From assembly GCA_016703065.1 (NCBI GenBank), contig JADJCU010000001.1, positions 296,526 to 360,525 of the forward strand: a stretch of DNA of 64,000 nt, given 5' to 3'. The translations under genes were made by a program, and so were the position numbers. Under the pieces are notes generated by a model. The model saw only the letters and a program-made list of their open reading frames with translations, ran no database searches and had not been told where the DNA came from. This stretch comes from a bacterium. GTDB taxonomy: Bacteria; Electryoneota; RPQS01. Position 1 is the stretch's first letter; the number at the start of each line of letters is the position of its first letter. Positions 47,353 through 56,808 of this stretch are shown piece by piece.

Positions 47353-48270
47353 ATGGAATCACTGCAGCACTCCCACACCTTCGGGCAAGATCAACTCCGC
47401 GCCGGCGAACGCCGCACGCTGATCGTGGTCTTCATCACCCTGACCATGATGGCGGTCGAAATCTCCGCCGGTATTCTGTACGGGTCAATGGCTCTGCTCG
47501 CAGACGGACTGCACATGGCGTCACACGCCCTCGCCCTGACGCTGAGCTATGCCGCATACGTCCTCGCCCGCAAGTATGCTCACGATAACCGCTTCAGCTT
47601 TGGAACCGGCAAGATCAACAACCTCGCGGCCTTTGCCAGTGCGCTGATGCTCGGCTTCTTCGCCCTGGTCATGGCCTACGAAAGTGTTCTGCGCTTGCTG
47701 CATCCGATCCCCATTGTTTTCAATCAGGCGATTCTCGTTGCCGTAATCGGCTTAGTCGTCAACGGCGTCAGCGCCCTGATTCTCGGGCACGAACATGACC
47801 ACGACCATGACCACGGGCATCAGCATCACGACCACGAACATGGCAAGCACGAAGACCACAATCTCCGCGCCGCCTATCTGCATGTGCTCGCGGATGCGCT
47901 AACGTCCGTGACCGCAATCTCCGCACTGCTGGCCGCAAAGTACTTCGGCTGGATCTGGATGGACCCCGTGATGGGCATCGTCGGTGCCATCCTCGTAAGC
48001 AGTTGGGCCATCGGGCTGCTGTTCGACTCCGGAAAAGTCCTGCTCGACCGCCAAGCACCGCAGGCCGTGATCGAGTCGATCCGCGAGGCCGTCGAGACGA
48101 ACTCCGACGCCAAAGTCGCCGACATTCACGTCTGGTCTATTGGCTCCGGAAGATACGCCTGCGAATTGTGGCTCGCGTCTAACGAAGACCTGTCCCCTGA
48201 CCATTACAAATCACTCCTGCCCGGGCACTCCGGAATTGTTCACGTCACCGTGGAAATTCACCGCCGATAG
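47353..48270 (+). CDS. cation diffusion facilitator (CDF) family divalent-metal efflux transporter
   Basis: Six-transmembrane CDF layout ('LLADGLHMASHALAL', 'HVLADALTSV') with a His-rich loop 'GHEHDHDHDHGHQHHDHEHGKHEDH' and a C-terminal cytoplasmic domain. Confidence 0.85.
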   Translation: MESLQHSHTFGQDQLRAGERRTLIVVFITLTMMAVEISAGILYGSMALLADGLHMASHALALTLSYAAYVLARKYAHDNRFSFGTGKINNLAAFASALMLGFFALVMAYESVLRLLHPIPIVFNQAILVAVIGLVVNGVSALILGHEHDHDHDHGHQHHDHEHGKHEDHNLRAAYLHVLADALTSVTAISALLAAKYFGWIWMDPVMGIVGAILVSSWAIGLLFDSGKVLLDRQAPQAVIESIREAVETNSDAKVADIHVWSIGSGRYACELWLASNEDLSPDHYKSLLPGHSGIVHVTVEIHRR

Positions 48271-48280
48271 ACTTTCTCCC

Positions 48281-48304
48281 GGTGGCACCCGCTGCGGGTG
48301 CCCC
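48281..48304. repeat. family B palindromic repeat, copy 1
   Basis: GGTGGCACCCGCTGCGGGTGCCCC, with core inverted repeat GGCACCCGC-T-GCGGGTGCC. Near-identical copies lie at 59246, 59874 and 62841. Confidence 0.85.
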
Positions 48305-48326
48305 GATCTCTATGCGATACCAACAC

Positions 48327-48360
48327 AAAAGCCCCGCGAAAAATCGCGGGGCTTCTTCTG
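48327..48360 (+). terminator. rho-independent terminator of the CDF gene
   Basis: Hairpin GCCCCGCGA-AAAA-TCGCGGGGC followed by TTCTTCT. Confidence 0.8.
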
Positions 48361-48404
48361 ATCTCCCCCCAAAGTTGCCGCAACTTTGGGGGGACTAAGG
48401 GGGG
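48360..48404 (+). repeat. family A nested-hairpin repeat, copy 1
   Basis: GATCTCCCCCCAAAGTTGCCGCAACTTTGGGGGGACTAAGGGGGG, with a 14-bp perfect stem and a second G6 tract. Confidence 0.85.
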
Positions 48405-48412
48405 CTTCAGGG

Positions 48413-50557
48413 TCAAGGCAACGCAAACACGACGTACGTCCGCTGTTCCGTCGCTGTAAGCAACACATCGTCATCCGTAAACGTCGTTGCCGCCGTCGTG
48501 CCAATCAGCACACTGTTCCCCGGCTCATACTCCTGTGTGTCACCTGCATAAATCTCATAGCCGCTCGCCCCCGGCACCGCGCCCCAATTGAGCAGGATGT
48601 CGTTGTTCGCCGTGTCGTGGTAAATGACCAAGTCATCTACCACCAATGCGCCGCGCTCATATGCGCCGATGTCTGAAAACGCTCCGCTGGGCCGCGCCGT
48701 TCCGTCAAAATCACGCGCAATCATACTCGCCGGATCCGCAGCGTTCACACACGCGCTCGTTCCGCCCAAATGCAAATCTCCGTTTGCGGCATCCGCATAC
48801 TCAGGATCAACATAGAGATTGAAATACTGATCGCACGTATCTCCGTTCACATTCGTCGTCGAAATCGTCCCTAATCCCACCGGGGGAACGCCCCGGAAAT
48901 TCTGACCCGAAAGACCGAAGAAGTCGCAATACTCAATGTCGCCCGTGGCCCCCAAATCAAAATAGATCGCACAGCTCGCCGTGGAATGCGACACAATGCA
49001 GCTCGTCATGGTCAGACTTCCCCCATCCATGAAGATCACTCCGCCCGGATGACCACTCGCGCTGTTATCATACATCGTGCAAAACTCAAACGACGGGCTG
49101 CCGCCTGCGCTATACAGCACGCTGCCCGTGCCATATTGTATTCCTCGATTGAGGTCGTTCCCCGCAAACACGCTGTTCACAATGTACGGCGAAGCCTCTG
49201 CGTAGCAATACAGCGCCGCGCCGAATGTGCTCAGTGTGTTCCATTCCTCTGTCCCCTCTTCATCCCAGACCAGGTAACTCGTGTTCCCGTCGAACTTGAA
49301 GTGACTTACCGTGTCCGCCCCCGAGAAAAAAGACGATTGCCCCTCCCACTCCGTTTCCGTAGTTACCGAGATGCGGACCCCAGCTGCTCGCCACGTTCTC
49401 TTCAAACACGCAGCCGGTAAACCAGTTCCCACCCTTCGAATACACCGCTCCATCTGAAGAGTGGTTGTTGCGAAATGTGCAATTCGTGAAGGTGGTATTC
49501 TCACACAAACTTGCCGCCCCGTATTCTCCAATGTTTCCTTCAAACACGGAATTTGAAATCTCCGCTGTGATCGGATCGAATATCCCCACTCCGCTGCTCC
49601 CGCCTGTCTCATTGGGACCAATCCAACTTGCGCTGTTATTCCTGAGCGTACATGCGTCCATCGTCAACGCCGCGCCGACACACCGCATGCCCCGTCAAAA
49701 CCAAAAGCGGCATGATGATTCGAGATTGTCGTCCCCGTCAGCGACACCACGGAGGTCGGTTCAGCCATGACTCCGCCCAACCCTCCGTCGGGAGTCTGAT
49801 TGTCGTCAATCAAGCATGTGTCAATCGTCGCGACCGTTCCCTCGCGCAAGTAGAGTCCACCGATTACTATGCCCGGACGATTCGATTGAATCTTGCAGTG
49901 CCGCAGGTGAATGGTCGCATTGAGCGTCGCAAACCCACCCCCCTTGGTATTGTATACATAACCGTCGCCGTATACCGTCCCGCCGTTATGCGTGATATCC
50001 GTGTATTCGAGTTCAACATCGCTTTGCTCAAAATACGCTCCGCAACCTCCGCCCGCGTTTGCGGGACTTCCGCCCGCGTGACAGTGGTGAATCCTACTAC
50101 GCGCAATCTCCAAGTCCGTATTGTAGCAATACAATCCGCCACCATAACTTAATGCCCCCGGCCCCGTCGCGCCGCTGTATGTGATACTGCAATAACGCAA
50201 CTCACAATCGGCGTCAGCGTCCACAAACCGTAGCCCCCGCCAACGCGTCGGCGAATCGTAGGGAAACCCACTCGCATCCCCCGTAAACCAAATTGAATCG
50301 CTTTCCGTACCTATCGCTTGCAGTAGGCCATTAATAACCATTTTGAATGAGCCTGCGAAATAAACCCGCACACCCGGCTCAATCTGCAAGGCCTCGCCCG
50401 TCACAACGGTGATGTCTCCACCGTGCACGACATACGGTGAACCCGAGGCGGGCCACACGCCGCTCACATTCCCGGAGGCCACCCAGGTCGTGTCTGCCTG
50501 TGCTGCTTCTCCCCACCACAGAACTACCAATCCGATTAGAACTTGAATAATCTTCAT
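48413..50557 (-). pseudogene. secreted right-handed beta-helix repeat protein, two frameshifts (frame 1 to 2 to 1)
   Basis: Signal MKIIQVLIGLVVLWWGEAAQA. The N-terminus is paralogous to the 24033-25571 gene ('VSG.W....SPY.V.GDI.V......I.PGV.V.F'). The sequence is spread over ORFs 49664..50557, 49260..49688 and 48413..49621. The second shift falls in an A6/T6 run at 49326-49331 ('GGAIVFF|SGADTVSHFKF'). The C-terminal part has 'DLHLGGTSACVNAADP' and an Fn3-like end. Confidence 0.6.
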
Positions 50558-50608
50558 CTTAGCCCTCGATTCGTACCTTTTTCAAGTTGTCCTTGAGCTG
50601 TCCTTCAA

Positions 50609-50635
50609 AATATACTCTAAACCCCCCATTGTCAA
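50609..50635 (-). promoter_or_regulatory. sigma-70-like promoter for the 50557 gene
   Basis: The minus strand reads TTGACA (50630-50635), a 15-17 nt spacer, then TATATT(TT) (50607-50614). Confidence 0.35.
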
Positions 50636-50704
50636 CAGCCATTTTATCGCTCATCCGCAACTTCGGACGCGCCACTGGTCCAGCGCATACTCTGGTGGTG
50701 CAAA

Positions 50705-50720
50705 TGGCCCTGTTGTTGCT
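50705..50720 (+). promoter_or_regulatory. sigma-54 (-24/-12) type promoter upstream of the EBP gene
   Basis: TGGCCC-TGTTG-TTGCT has consensus spacing, 50 nt upstream of ATG 50770. Confidence 0.4.
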
Positions 50721-50769
50721 GTATGAATTCCCGGCAAAGTGGTTCAACGCAACAAACCCGGCGAAAAAC

Positions 50770-52200
50770 ATGCAGGCAACGTTATTAGTAGTGGACGACG
50801 ACCGCGATATTCGCGAAATCATTCGGCAGGTCGCGGAAATCAAAGACTACGAAGTTATTGAGGCTGAAGATGCTACGGTCGGCCTCGAAAAAATGCGCAC
50901 GATGGCACCCGATCTGTCCATCATAGACGTCGGATTGCCGGGCGGAATTGACGGTGTTGAACTCTGTCAACAGATTCATGAAGTCGCACCGCAACATCCC
51001 GTGCTCATTATCAGCGGACAGGCCACGCCCGAAAAGGCCGTGGAGGCGCTCAAGCACGGCGCATTTGACTACCTCGGCAAGCCGCTTAATCTCGAAAAGC
51101 TGATGCTCTTGGTTGATCGCGCCCTCTCGAATGTCGCCACCGCCCGCGAAATCGAGCGCGTCGCCGATGAACGCAAGGCCGTCTACGGCTTTGACCGTCT
51201 GGTCGGCGACTGCAAGCAGATGAATCAGGTCAAAGAGACGGGCCGCAAAGTCGCCGCTGTCCCCTTTGCTACCGTACTGCTAACAGGTGAATCGGGAACT
51301 GGCAAGGAACTCGTGGCGCATGCGGTTCACCTGGCCTCGCCCAATGCCGACAAACCGTTCGTCGAAGTGAACTGCGCCGCCATGCCCGAGAATCTACTCG
51401 AAGCTGAGCTCTTCGGCTATGAGAAGGGCGCGTTCACCGATGCCAAACAACGCAAACGCGGACTCTTTGAAATCGCCGCCGGCGGGACCTTCTTCCTCGA
51501 CGAAATCGGCGAAATGCCGCTCAATCTGCAAGTGAAGCTGCTCAAGGTCATCGAAGAGCGCACCTTCCGCAGAGTCGGGGGCACCCAGCCATTGCAAATG
51601 AAATTCAGATTGATCGCCGCGACCAATGCCAATCTGATGGAGCAGATTGAGTCCGGGAAATTCCGCCGCGATCTCTACTATCGACTTGCCGTCTTCTCGA
51701 TTCATCTGCCGCCGCTGCGGGAACGCGCTCACGATACCGTCGACATCGCGCTCCACTTTATCGAAAAATTCAACCGCGAATTCGGCAAAACCATCAAGGG
51801 TATCGCTCCTGATGCTGAGCGGCTGCTCGTCAGCTACAACTGGCCCGGCAATATCCGCGAACTTCGTAATGCCGTCGAGCGCGCCGTGCTGATTGGCGCT
51901 GGACCCTATATCCAAGCGGCCGACCTGGCCATCCTGCCGATGCAGGAGACGCCCACCCCGAGTCTCGCGTCTGTCCCCGAAAAGGACGTCGACGCGATGC
52001 TCAACAATCCCGACGGCTTCTCCATTGACGTCCCCTCAACCGGTGTCAACATGGAAGAAGTTGAAAAGCAGCTCATCCGAATTGCCATGCGCCACTCTCA
52101 CAACAATGCCTCCGCCGCCGCGAGATTCCTGCGCATGACCCGTGAAACACTCCGCTACCGCCTGAAAAAATACGGCATCCGCGAAGAAATCGAATCCTAA
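50770..52200 (+). CDS. sigma-54-dependent response regulator (NtrC family enhancer-binding protein)
   Basis: Receiver domain ('LLVVDDDRDIRE..DLSIIDVGLPG'), an AAA+ sigma-54 interaction domain ('GESGTGKELVA', 'GAFTDA', 'TFFLDEIGEM', 'RRDLYYRL') and a C-terminal Fis-type HTH. Start moved to ATG 50770. Confidence 0.9.
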   Translation: MQATLLVVDDDRDIREIIRQVAEIKDYEVIEAEDATVGLEKMRTMAPDLSIIDVGLPGGIDGVELCQQIHEVAPQHPVLIISGQATPEKAVEALKHGAFDYLGKPLNLEKLMLLVDRALSNVATAREIERVADERKAVYGFDRLVGDCKQMNQVKETGRKVAAVPFATVLLTGESGTGKELVAHAVHLASPNADKPFVEVNCAAMPENLLEAELFGYEKGAFTDAKQRKRGLFEIAAGGTFFLDEIGEMPLNLQVKLLKVIEERTFRRVGGTQPLQMKFRLIAATNANLMEQIESGKFRRDLYYRLAVFSIHLPPLRERAHDTVDIALHFIEKFNREFGKTIKGIAPDAERLLVSYNWPGNIRELRNAVERAVLIGAGPYIQAADLAILPMQETPTPSLASVPEKDVDAMLNNPDGFSIDVPSTGVNMEEVEKQLIRIAMRHSHNNASAAARFLRMTRETLRYRLKKYGIREEIES

Positions 52201-52263
52201 CCAGCGTACCGCTGGACCTAATCCGCTGACGCAAGCGCTTCTTGACTTGACTCGAAATACAAA

Positions 52264-52300
52264 GCGGCCCGCACAACTCGTGCGGGCCGTCCTGTTTCTG
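52264..52300 (+). terminator. rho-independent terminator of the EBP gene
   Basis: Hairpin GGCCCGCAC-AACTC-GTGCGGGCC followed by GTCCTGTTTCT. Confidence 0.7.
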
Positions 52301-52346
52301 ATCTCCTCCCAAACCTGCGTCGCAGCTTTGGGAGGATTAAGGGGGG
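52300..52346 (+). repeat. family A nested-hairpin repeat, copy 2
   Basis: GATCTCCTCCCAAACCTGCGTCGCAGCTTTGGGAGGATTAAGGGGGG. The C6 arm is CCTCCC and its partner is GGGAGG, a compensatory pair. Confidence 0.85.
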
Positions 52347-52414
52347 TCAAACCGTAGTCACGCCCGCCGCCCAAAAGCGTGCAGCGCAGCGCACTGGGTC
52401 CAGCGGCACGCCGG

Positions 52415-53834
52415 TTACTTCGTTCTTACGAAATCAATCCGGCGATTCTGCTGACGACCTTCGTCGGTGTCGTTCGTCGCAATCGGCTTATCCGGACCGA
52501 AGCCCTTCGTCGTCATGCGTGTCGCTTCGATACCCTTGGCCGCCAACCACGCCTTTACACTTTCCGCGCGCGCCAGCGAGAGCTTCTGATTCATCCCTTT
52601 CTTGCCGCGATTGTCCGTGTGGCCCTGAATCTCAACTTCAAGGTCCGGATTCAGCTTCAGCGTATTGTAAGCCTTCATCAAAATCGCTTCCGACTCCGGC
52701 TTGATGTCCGACTTCGCGGTCTCAAACACGATGCCTTCAAGCGTAATCGCCTGACCCACTTCAGTCACCACGAGCTTCTCGACGTCGTCCTCAGGATTCA
52801 GCGGATTGTCGCCCTTCTTCACTTCCGTGCCGTCGTCAATCGAACCCTTGTCCGTGTCGTTATTCAGCGGATCCGTCTTGTGCGTGTTCACTTCAACACC
52901 ATCCGACAGTCCGTCGCCGTCGCAATCCGCGCGCTTCGGATCCGTCTTGTGCGTCGTCAACTCCGCGCCGTCCTGCAGACCATCGCCGTCCGTATCCGGA
53001 TTTAGCGGATCGGTCGTATACGTCGTGACCTCTTCGCCGTCCTTCAGGCCGTCACCATCCGTATCGGCCTTCAGCGGATCGGTCTTGTGCGTCATCACTT
53101 CCGCGCCGTCCGTCAAACCATCGCCATCCGTATCCGGATTCTTCGGATCGGTCTTCAGCGTGTAATACTCTTCGCCGTCCTTCAGGCCGTCACCGTCCGT
53201 GTCCGGATTCTTCGGATCGAGCCCCAGCTTCTTCTCGTCGCGGTCTGTGATGCCGTCGCCGTCGGTATCCTTGTTCGGATTACCGCGGTGAATACGCAGA
53301 CCGGCCAGAATATTCATGTACGCATCGTCCGTGTCGTCATAGACAGGGTTGATGTCATCCGAGAAGATCATGTTGTAGCCGCCGTGCACGTCAAGCGAGA
53401 TATTCGTCAAGATGATATTGAACACCCAGGCCCAGGGGTACCATGGCATTCCACGAATCCCGCTTCGCTTCCGGGTCGGCCGCCGCCGGTACATCCGACA
53501 CATCGTGATGCAGCATGCCTAAACCCGCGTAGACAAACGGGAACCACTTCTCCTGATGGAACGGCGCGAACCGGGCGCGCAGGTCAATCGGCATGACTTC
53601 GCCCGAGTAGTCGTCGGCTTTCAACCGCGCGAACGCGATCCCTAATTCGAGCTGCAGCGGGTCCAAAATCGGGTAGGCGAAGCTGTGCCGCACGTTTAGA
53701 CCCATGTCCGCACCCTCGGATTCGTTGGTCGGCATGGCGATGCCGGCGCCGAGGTAACCCTCGAGGCCCAGCTCGGTAAACTGCGCCGTCGCAATCAGCG
53801 GCACCAACAGCGACAGCAAAACAATACTTTTCAT
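52415..53834 (-). pseudogene. OmpA-family outer-membrane protein with thrombospondin type-3 repeats, frameshifted
   Basis: The signal MKSIVLLSLLVPLIATAQ plus an 8-strand-barrel-like N-domain lie in ORF 53391..53846. After a shift at about 53418-53440 the protein continues ('NIILTNISLDVHGGY..'). It then has about 7 'DTDGDGL(K/T/Q/S)DG(E/A)E' calcium-binding repeats and an OmpA C-terminal peptidoglycan-binding domain ('GHTDNRGKKGMNQKLSLARAESV'). Confidence 0.7.
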
Positions 53835-53900
53835 CAATTTACACATAGGACACCTGTATGTAGGTTAACACCAATGGCGGACTTCTGGATAAGGTTTAAC

Positions 53901-53929
53901 AATATATCACATCCTACTAACTTCTTCAA
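53901..53929 (-). promoter_or_regulatory. sigma-70-like promoter of the OmpA-family gene
   Basis: The minus strand reads TTGAAG (53924-53929), a 17-nt spacer, then TATATT (53901-53906). Confidence 0.4.
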
Positions 53930-53960
53930 GTTCCCCGGCTTGCAGTTCCGCCCGCCCTCT

Positions 53961-54030
53961 GGTCTCCCCCCAAAGCTTGCCCTCGAACGTAGTGAAGGGT
54001 CGTCCGCGGTTTTGGGGGGACAAAGGGGGG
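53961..54030 (+). repeat. family A nested-hairpin repeat, copy 3 (with ~24-nt internal insertion)
   Basis: GGTCTCCCCCCAAA[GCTTGCCCTCGAACGTAGTGAAGG]GTCGTCCGCGGTTTTGGGGGGACAAAGGGGGG. The flanks (CGCCCGCCCTC.. and ..CCTC) match copy 6. Confidence 0.8.
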
Positions 54031-54202
54031 CCTCGGAAACATGTACGCCGAGCCGGGTTAAGTGCAACGCAACCCGGCCCGAATCTGCAAGGGCGGCAGA
54101 ACAGGCGGCCCCCGCAGCGGAGAGTTTCTCCAATTCCTTCGTTGCCTTGCGCTTCCCCTTTGTCTGCCATACATTGCTTATACAAACTGGAGGAGCACAA
54201 CC

Positions 54203-55306
54203 ATGATTAGAACTTGCATCGGCATATCGCTCGTCTGCATTCTCTTCACTGCGTGTACTGAAGAGGGCGACACATACATCACCAACGTCACATCCCCCGA
54301 AGATTGGCAACCACCGCAAATCGAATGGCGCACTCAACCCGATCCCGAACTGCGCGGCACGGTTGGTGTGGACTTCGCCATCACGGATAGCTCCGAAGTC
54401 ACGGCCATTCGGGCCTATTTGGACGGAGTCGCAACAGACTCAGCATTCACATCACCCTATCGTTTCTCGCTCATTACGGATTCATTGCTCGACGGTGTCC
54501 ACATCGTCGAAATTCGCGCAACCGACGAGTATGGTAATCTCGGAATCAGCCCGATCCTGCGCATAAATGTATCCAACTCCGTCGCCCAGGGACCCCGCCT
54601 AATCTGGGTTCCCGATGAGTTTGCGCGTATTCAGGATGCCATCAACGCCGCCACTGATTTCGATACCATTCGAGTCCGATCAGGAACCTACTACGAAACG
54701 CTGAATACGTTCGGAAAAGGAATCTGGCTCGAATCGGAACATGGGCCGCTTTCATGTAGTATTAATGCTGACGGGGCGAGCAACAGCATCTACTGCCCTG
54801 CATCAGACCAATTTGTTTGTGTCCGCGGCTTTCACATGACGGGTGGTACATACTTGGTGTATCTGGGCGACGGCTCCCGCGTAAACTTCTACAACAACTA
54901 CCTTGCCTTGGATTCAGTGCGTTGGCTAATGGTCACCAGTTATTCAAACGGAGACATTGCAAACAACTTGTTTTCTGGTTCACGCACGGCCATACAGCTT
55001 AGCTACCACTGGGGCAGCTTTTTCAATAACATACTTCAGCTTGCATCAAATGTCGCGCTTTGGAACGCAGCTTTGGCGAGGAACCCGGTCGAGTACGGAC
55101 ACAATTTGTTCTGGCAGAATCATCAGAATTACCAATCATTTGAGCCGGGAATCGGAGATTTGGACTCGGACCCCTTTTTGGATCTGATTGATGGCAGACT
55201 CATGGATGGTTCTCCCGCTTTCGACGCTGGTGATCCCCGAGTCCTTGATCGAGATAGCTCCATATCAGATATCGGGCCCTTTGGTGGACCGTGGGCATAC
55301 TACTAA
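54203..55306 (+). CDS. lipoprotein with an Ig-like N-domain and right-handed beta-helix repeats
   Basis: GGAGGAG RBS, start at ATG 54203 and lipobox 'ILFTAC'. 'IRVRSGTYYETL' plus a C-terminal 'DPFLDLIDGRLMDGSPAFDAGDP..DIGPFGG' are typical of beta-helix proteins. Confidence 0.55.
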   Translation: MIRTCIGISLVCILFTACTEEGDTYITNVTSPEDWQPPQIEWRTQPDPELRGTVGVDFAITDSSEVTAIRAYLDGVATDSAFTSPYRFSLITDSLLDGVHIVEIRATDEYGNLGISPILRINVSNSVAQGPRLIWVPDEFARIQDAINAATDFDTIRVRSGTYYETLNTFGKGIWLESEHGPLSCSINADGASNSIYCPASDQFVCVRGFHMTGGTYLVYLGDGSRVNFYNNYLALDSVRWLMVTSYSNGDIANNLFSGSRTAIQLSYHWGSFFNNILQLASNVALWNAALARNPVEYGHNLFWQNHQNYQSFEPGIGDLDSDPFLDLIDGRLMDGSPAFDAGDPRVLDRDSSISDIGPFGGPWAYY

Positions 55307-55328
55307 TCAAGCGGAAAAGGAGTTGATT

Positions 55329-56657
55329 ATGTCATGGGGTAACGCACAGAACGCTTGGAACGATCAGGATATGAATTCAAGCGGCAAGAAACTCGCTGTT
55401 ACTGGAGATTCAGGAGGAACCAACTTTCAAGCTGAATTCGCGGACACCAATGCCGCGGGTAACGCCGTTAAGGTGGACGGCAAAATCCAAATTGCACGGG
55501 GAGGAGATACGTTCGGGGTCATCAAACCCGACACGGTGGGCGAGCGAGAAATTGCGATCAACACGAGCGATGGGGATCCCAACATCCGCATTGGTAGCGC
55601 GGGTGCGCAGGGCAATACTTGCTACATCAACTCGCAGAAGACGTACATCGGAGGCGTAACGGCCGATGAGCAGTACCGCGCAGCAATCAAGGGACCGCTA
55701 AAAGTCGGCGTGGATGACATCAACGAAACTGCCCTCAACGTGCACGGCAATGCCGAAGTCCTGAGTACAATCTACACTGACAAAGTGGACTCACTCGCTG
55801 TCGGGCATGACCTGATCCTTGGCGACATCGACGCAACTTCCAACGTACATGTGGGGAGGTTCGCCTCGAATATCTTGCTGGCGGCGCAGGGTGCAGGCGC
55901 GATCGTCTCAATCAGAGGCCCGGTCATTGTCAGCGACGGCGGACAACAGCGTCCCGCAAGCTTGTCTGTCGCGGGAAATATCACCGGTGACTCATTGGGC
56001 AGTGGTGGCGACCTCGACGTCGCGGGCGAACTCGATTGTGAAGGCAACGCCGACATCGCCGGAAGCACGCAAATGCACGGCGCCCTGACGGTTGGAACAT
56101 CCCAAGCAAACGCGAACGCAACGATCAACGGTACTCTAACCACCGCCAATGCAGAGGTTACCGATACTCTAACCACTGCCAATGCGGAAGTCAACGGCAC
56201 TCTAACCACAGATAATGCGACCGTGAACGGCATTCTGACTGCTGACTCACTTCTTGCCGGTGATTTGACCGTTAATGGCGCTGTCGAAGTGCCGAACAAA
56301 TTCAAGATTTCAGACGCAATCGAATGTCAAGTGGACGCTCACTTCGGAGCCGATGCCTACGTGTCGGGTAAGACGAATCTCGACAATGACCTTGCGGTCG
56401 CCGGGCGAGCGGCCCTCAATGAAGATGTTGATGTGGGTGGCAAGTTCACGGCCTCGGGTGCCACCTCTCTGAACGGGGAACTCGAAGTCCAACAGCAATC
56501 CCAATTTCATGCACGGACCCATCACTTGAACGGCGTTGGGCTGACCGCTCCCGGAACGAGCTTCACCGGAATCATCTCCCAGAATAACCGACTCGAGATG
56601 TTCGTCGGTGGAGCCATGCGCTTCTACGTAGACAGCACCGGAGGTCACAATGCATAG
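55329..56657 (+). CDS. hypothetical beta-solenoid/fibre-like protein without signal peptide
   Basis: AAAGGAG RBS before ATG 55329. Repetitive 'xGxLTTxNAxVxGxLT' segments (e.g. 'INGTLTTANAEVTDTLTTANAEVNGTLTTDNATVNGILTADSLLAGDLTVNGAVEV') suggest a solenoid. No family was recognised. Confidence 0.45.
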   Translation: MSWGNAQNAWNDQDMNSSGKKLAVTGDSGGTNFQAEFADTNAAGNAVKVDGKIQIARGGDTFGVIKPDTVGEREIAINTSDGDPNIRIGSAGAQGNTCYINSQKTYIGGVTADEQYRAAIKGPLKVGVDDINETALNVHGNAEVLSTIYTDKVDSLAVGHDLILGDIDATSNVHVGRFASNILLAAQGAGAIVSIRGPVIVSDGGQQRPASLSVAGNITGDSLGSGGDLDVAGELDCEGNADIAGSTQMHGALTVGTSQANANATINGTLTTANAEVTDTLTTANAEVNGTLTTDNATVNGILTADSLLAGDLTVNGAVEVPNKFKISDAIECQVDAHFGADAYVSGKTNLDNDLAVAGRAALNEDVDVGGKFTASGATSLNGELEVQQQSQFHARTHHLNGVGLTAPGTSFTGIISQNNRLEMFVGGAMRFYVDSTGGHNA

Positions 56658-56708
56658 GCTCCCCCCCCCCCGCGCAAAGAAGACTGACGTAATTCCCCCA
56701 AACTAAAA

Positions 56709-56735
56709 CGGCGACCCCATCGGGCCGCCGCTTTT
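56709..56735 (+). terminator. rho-independent terminator
   Basis: Hairpin GGCGACCC-CATC-GGGCCGCC (one mismatch) followed by GCTTTTACTT. Confidence 0.55.
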
Positions 56736-56808
56736 ACTTACTGCGCCTGCGAAGCGCTCTGGCGTCTACGTTTCAAGTGGCATAGCGCAACACCCGCTTA
56801 TCAAGCGG

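Noticed and set aside
47795-47870. CAC/GAC/CAT-rich microsatellite-like stretch.
   Set aside because: It encodes the His/Asp-rich cytoplasmic loop typical of CDF metal transporters.
52800-53260. Tandem DNA repeats (GAYACNGAYGGNGAYGG.. periodicity).
   Set aside because: They are the coding repeats of thrombospondin type-3 calcium-binding motifs in the OmpA-family protein. They are not a non-coding satellite or array.
56661-56671. An 11-nt poly-C tract as a phase-variation switch.
   Set aside because: It lies 3 nt after the TAG stop of the 55329-56657 gene and before its terminator. Length changes would therefore not alter any reading frame or obvious promoter spacing.
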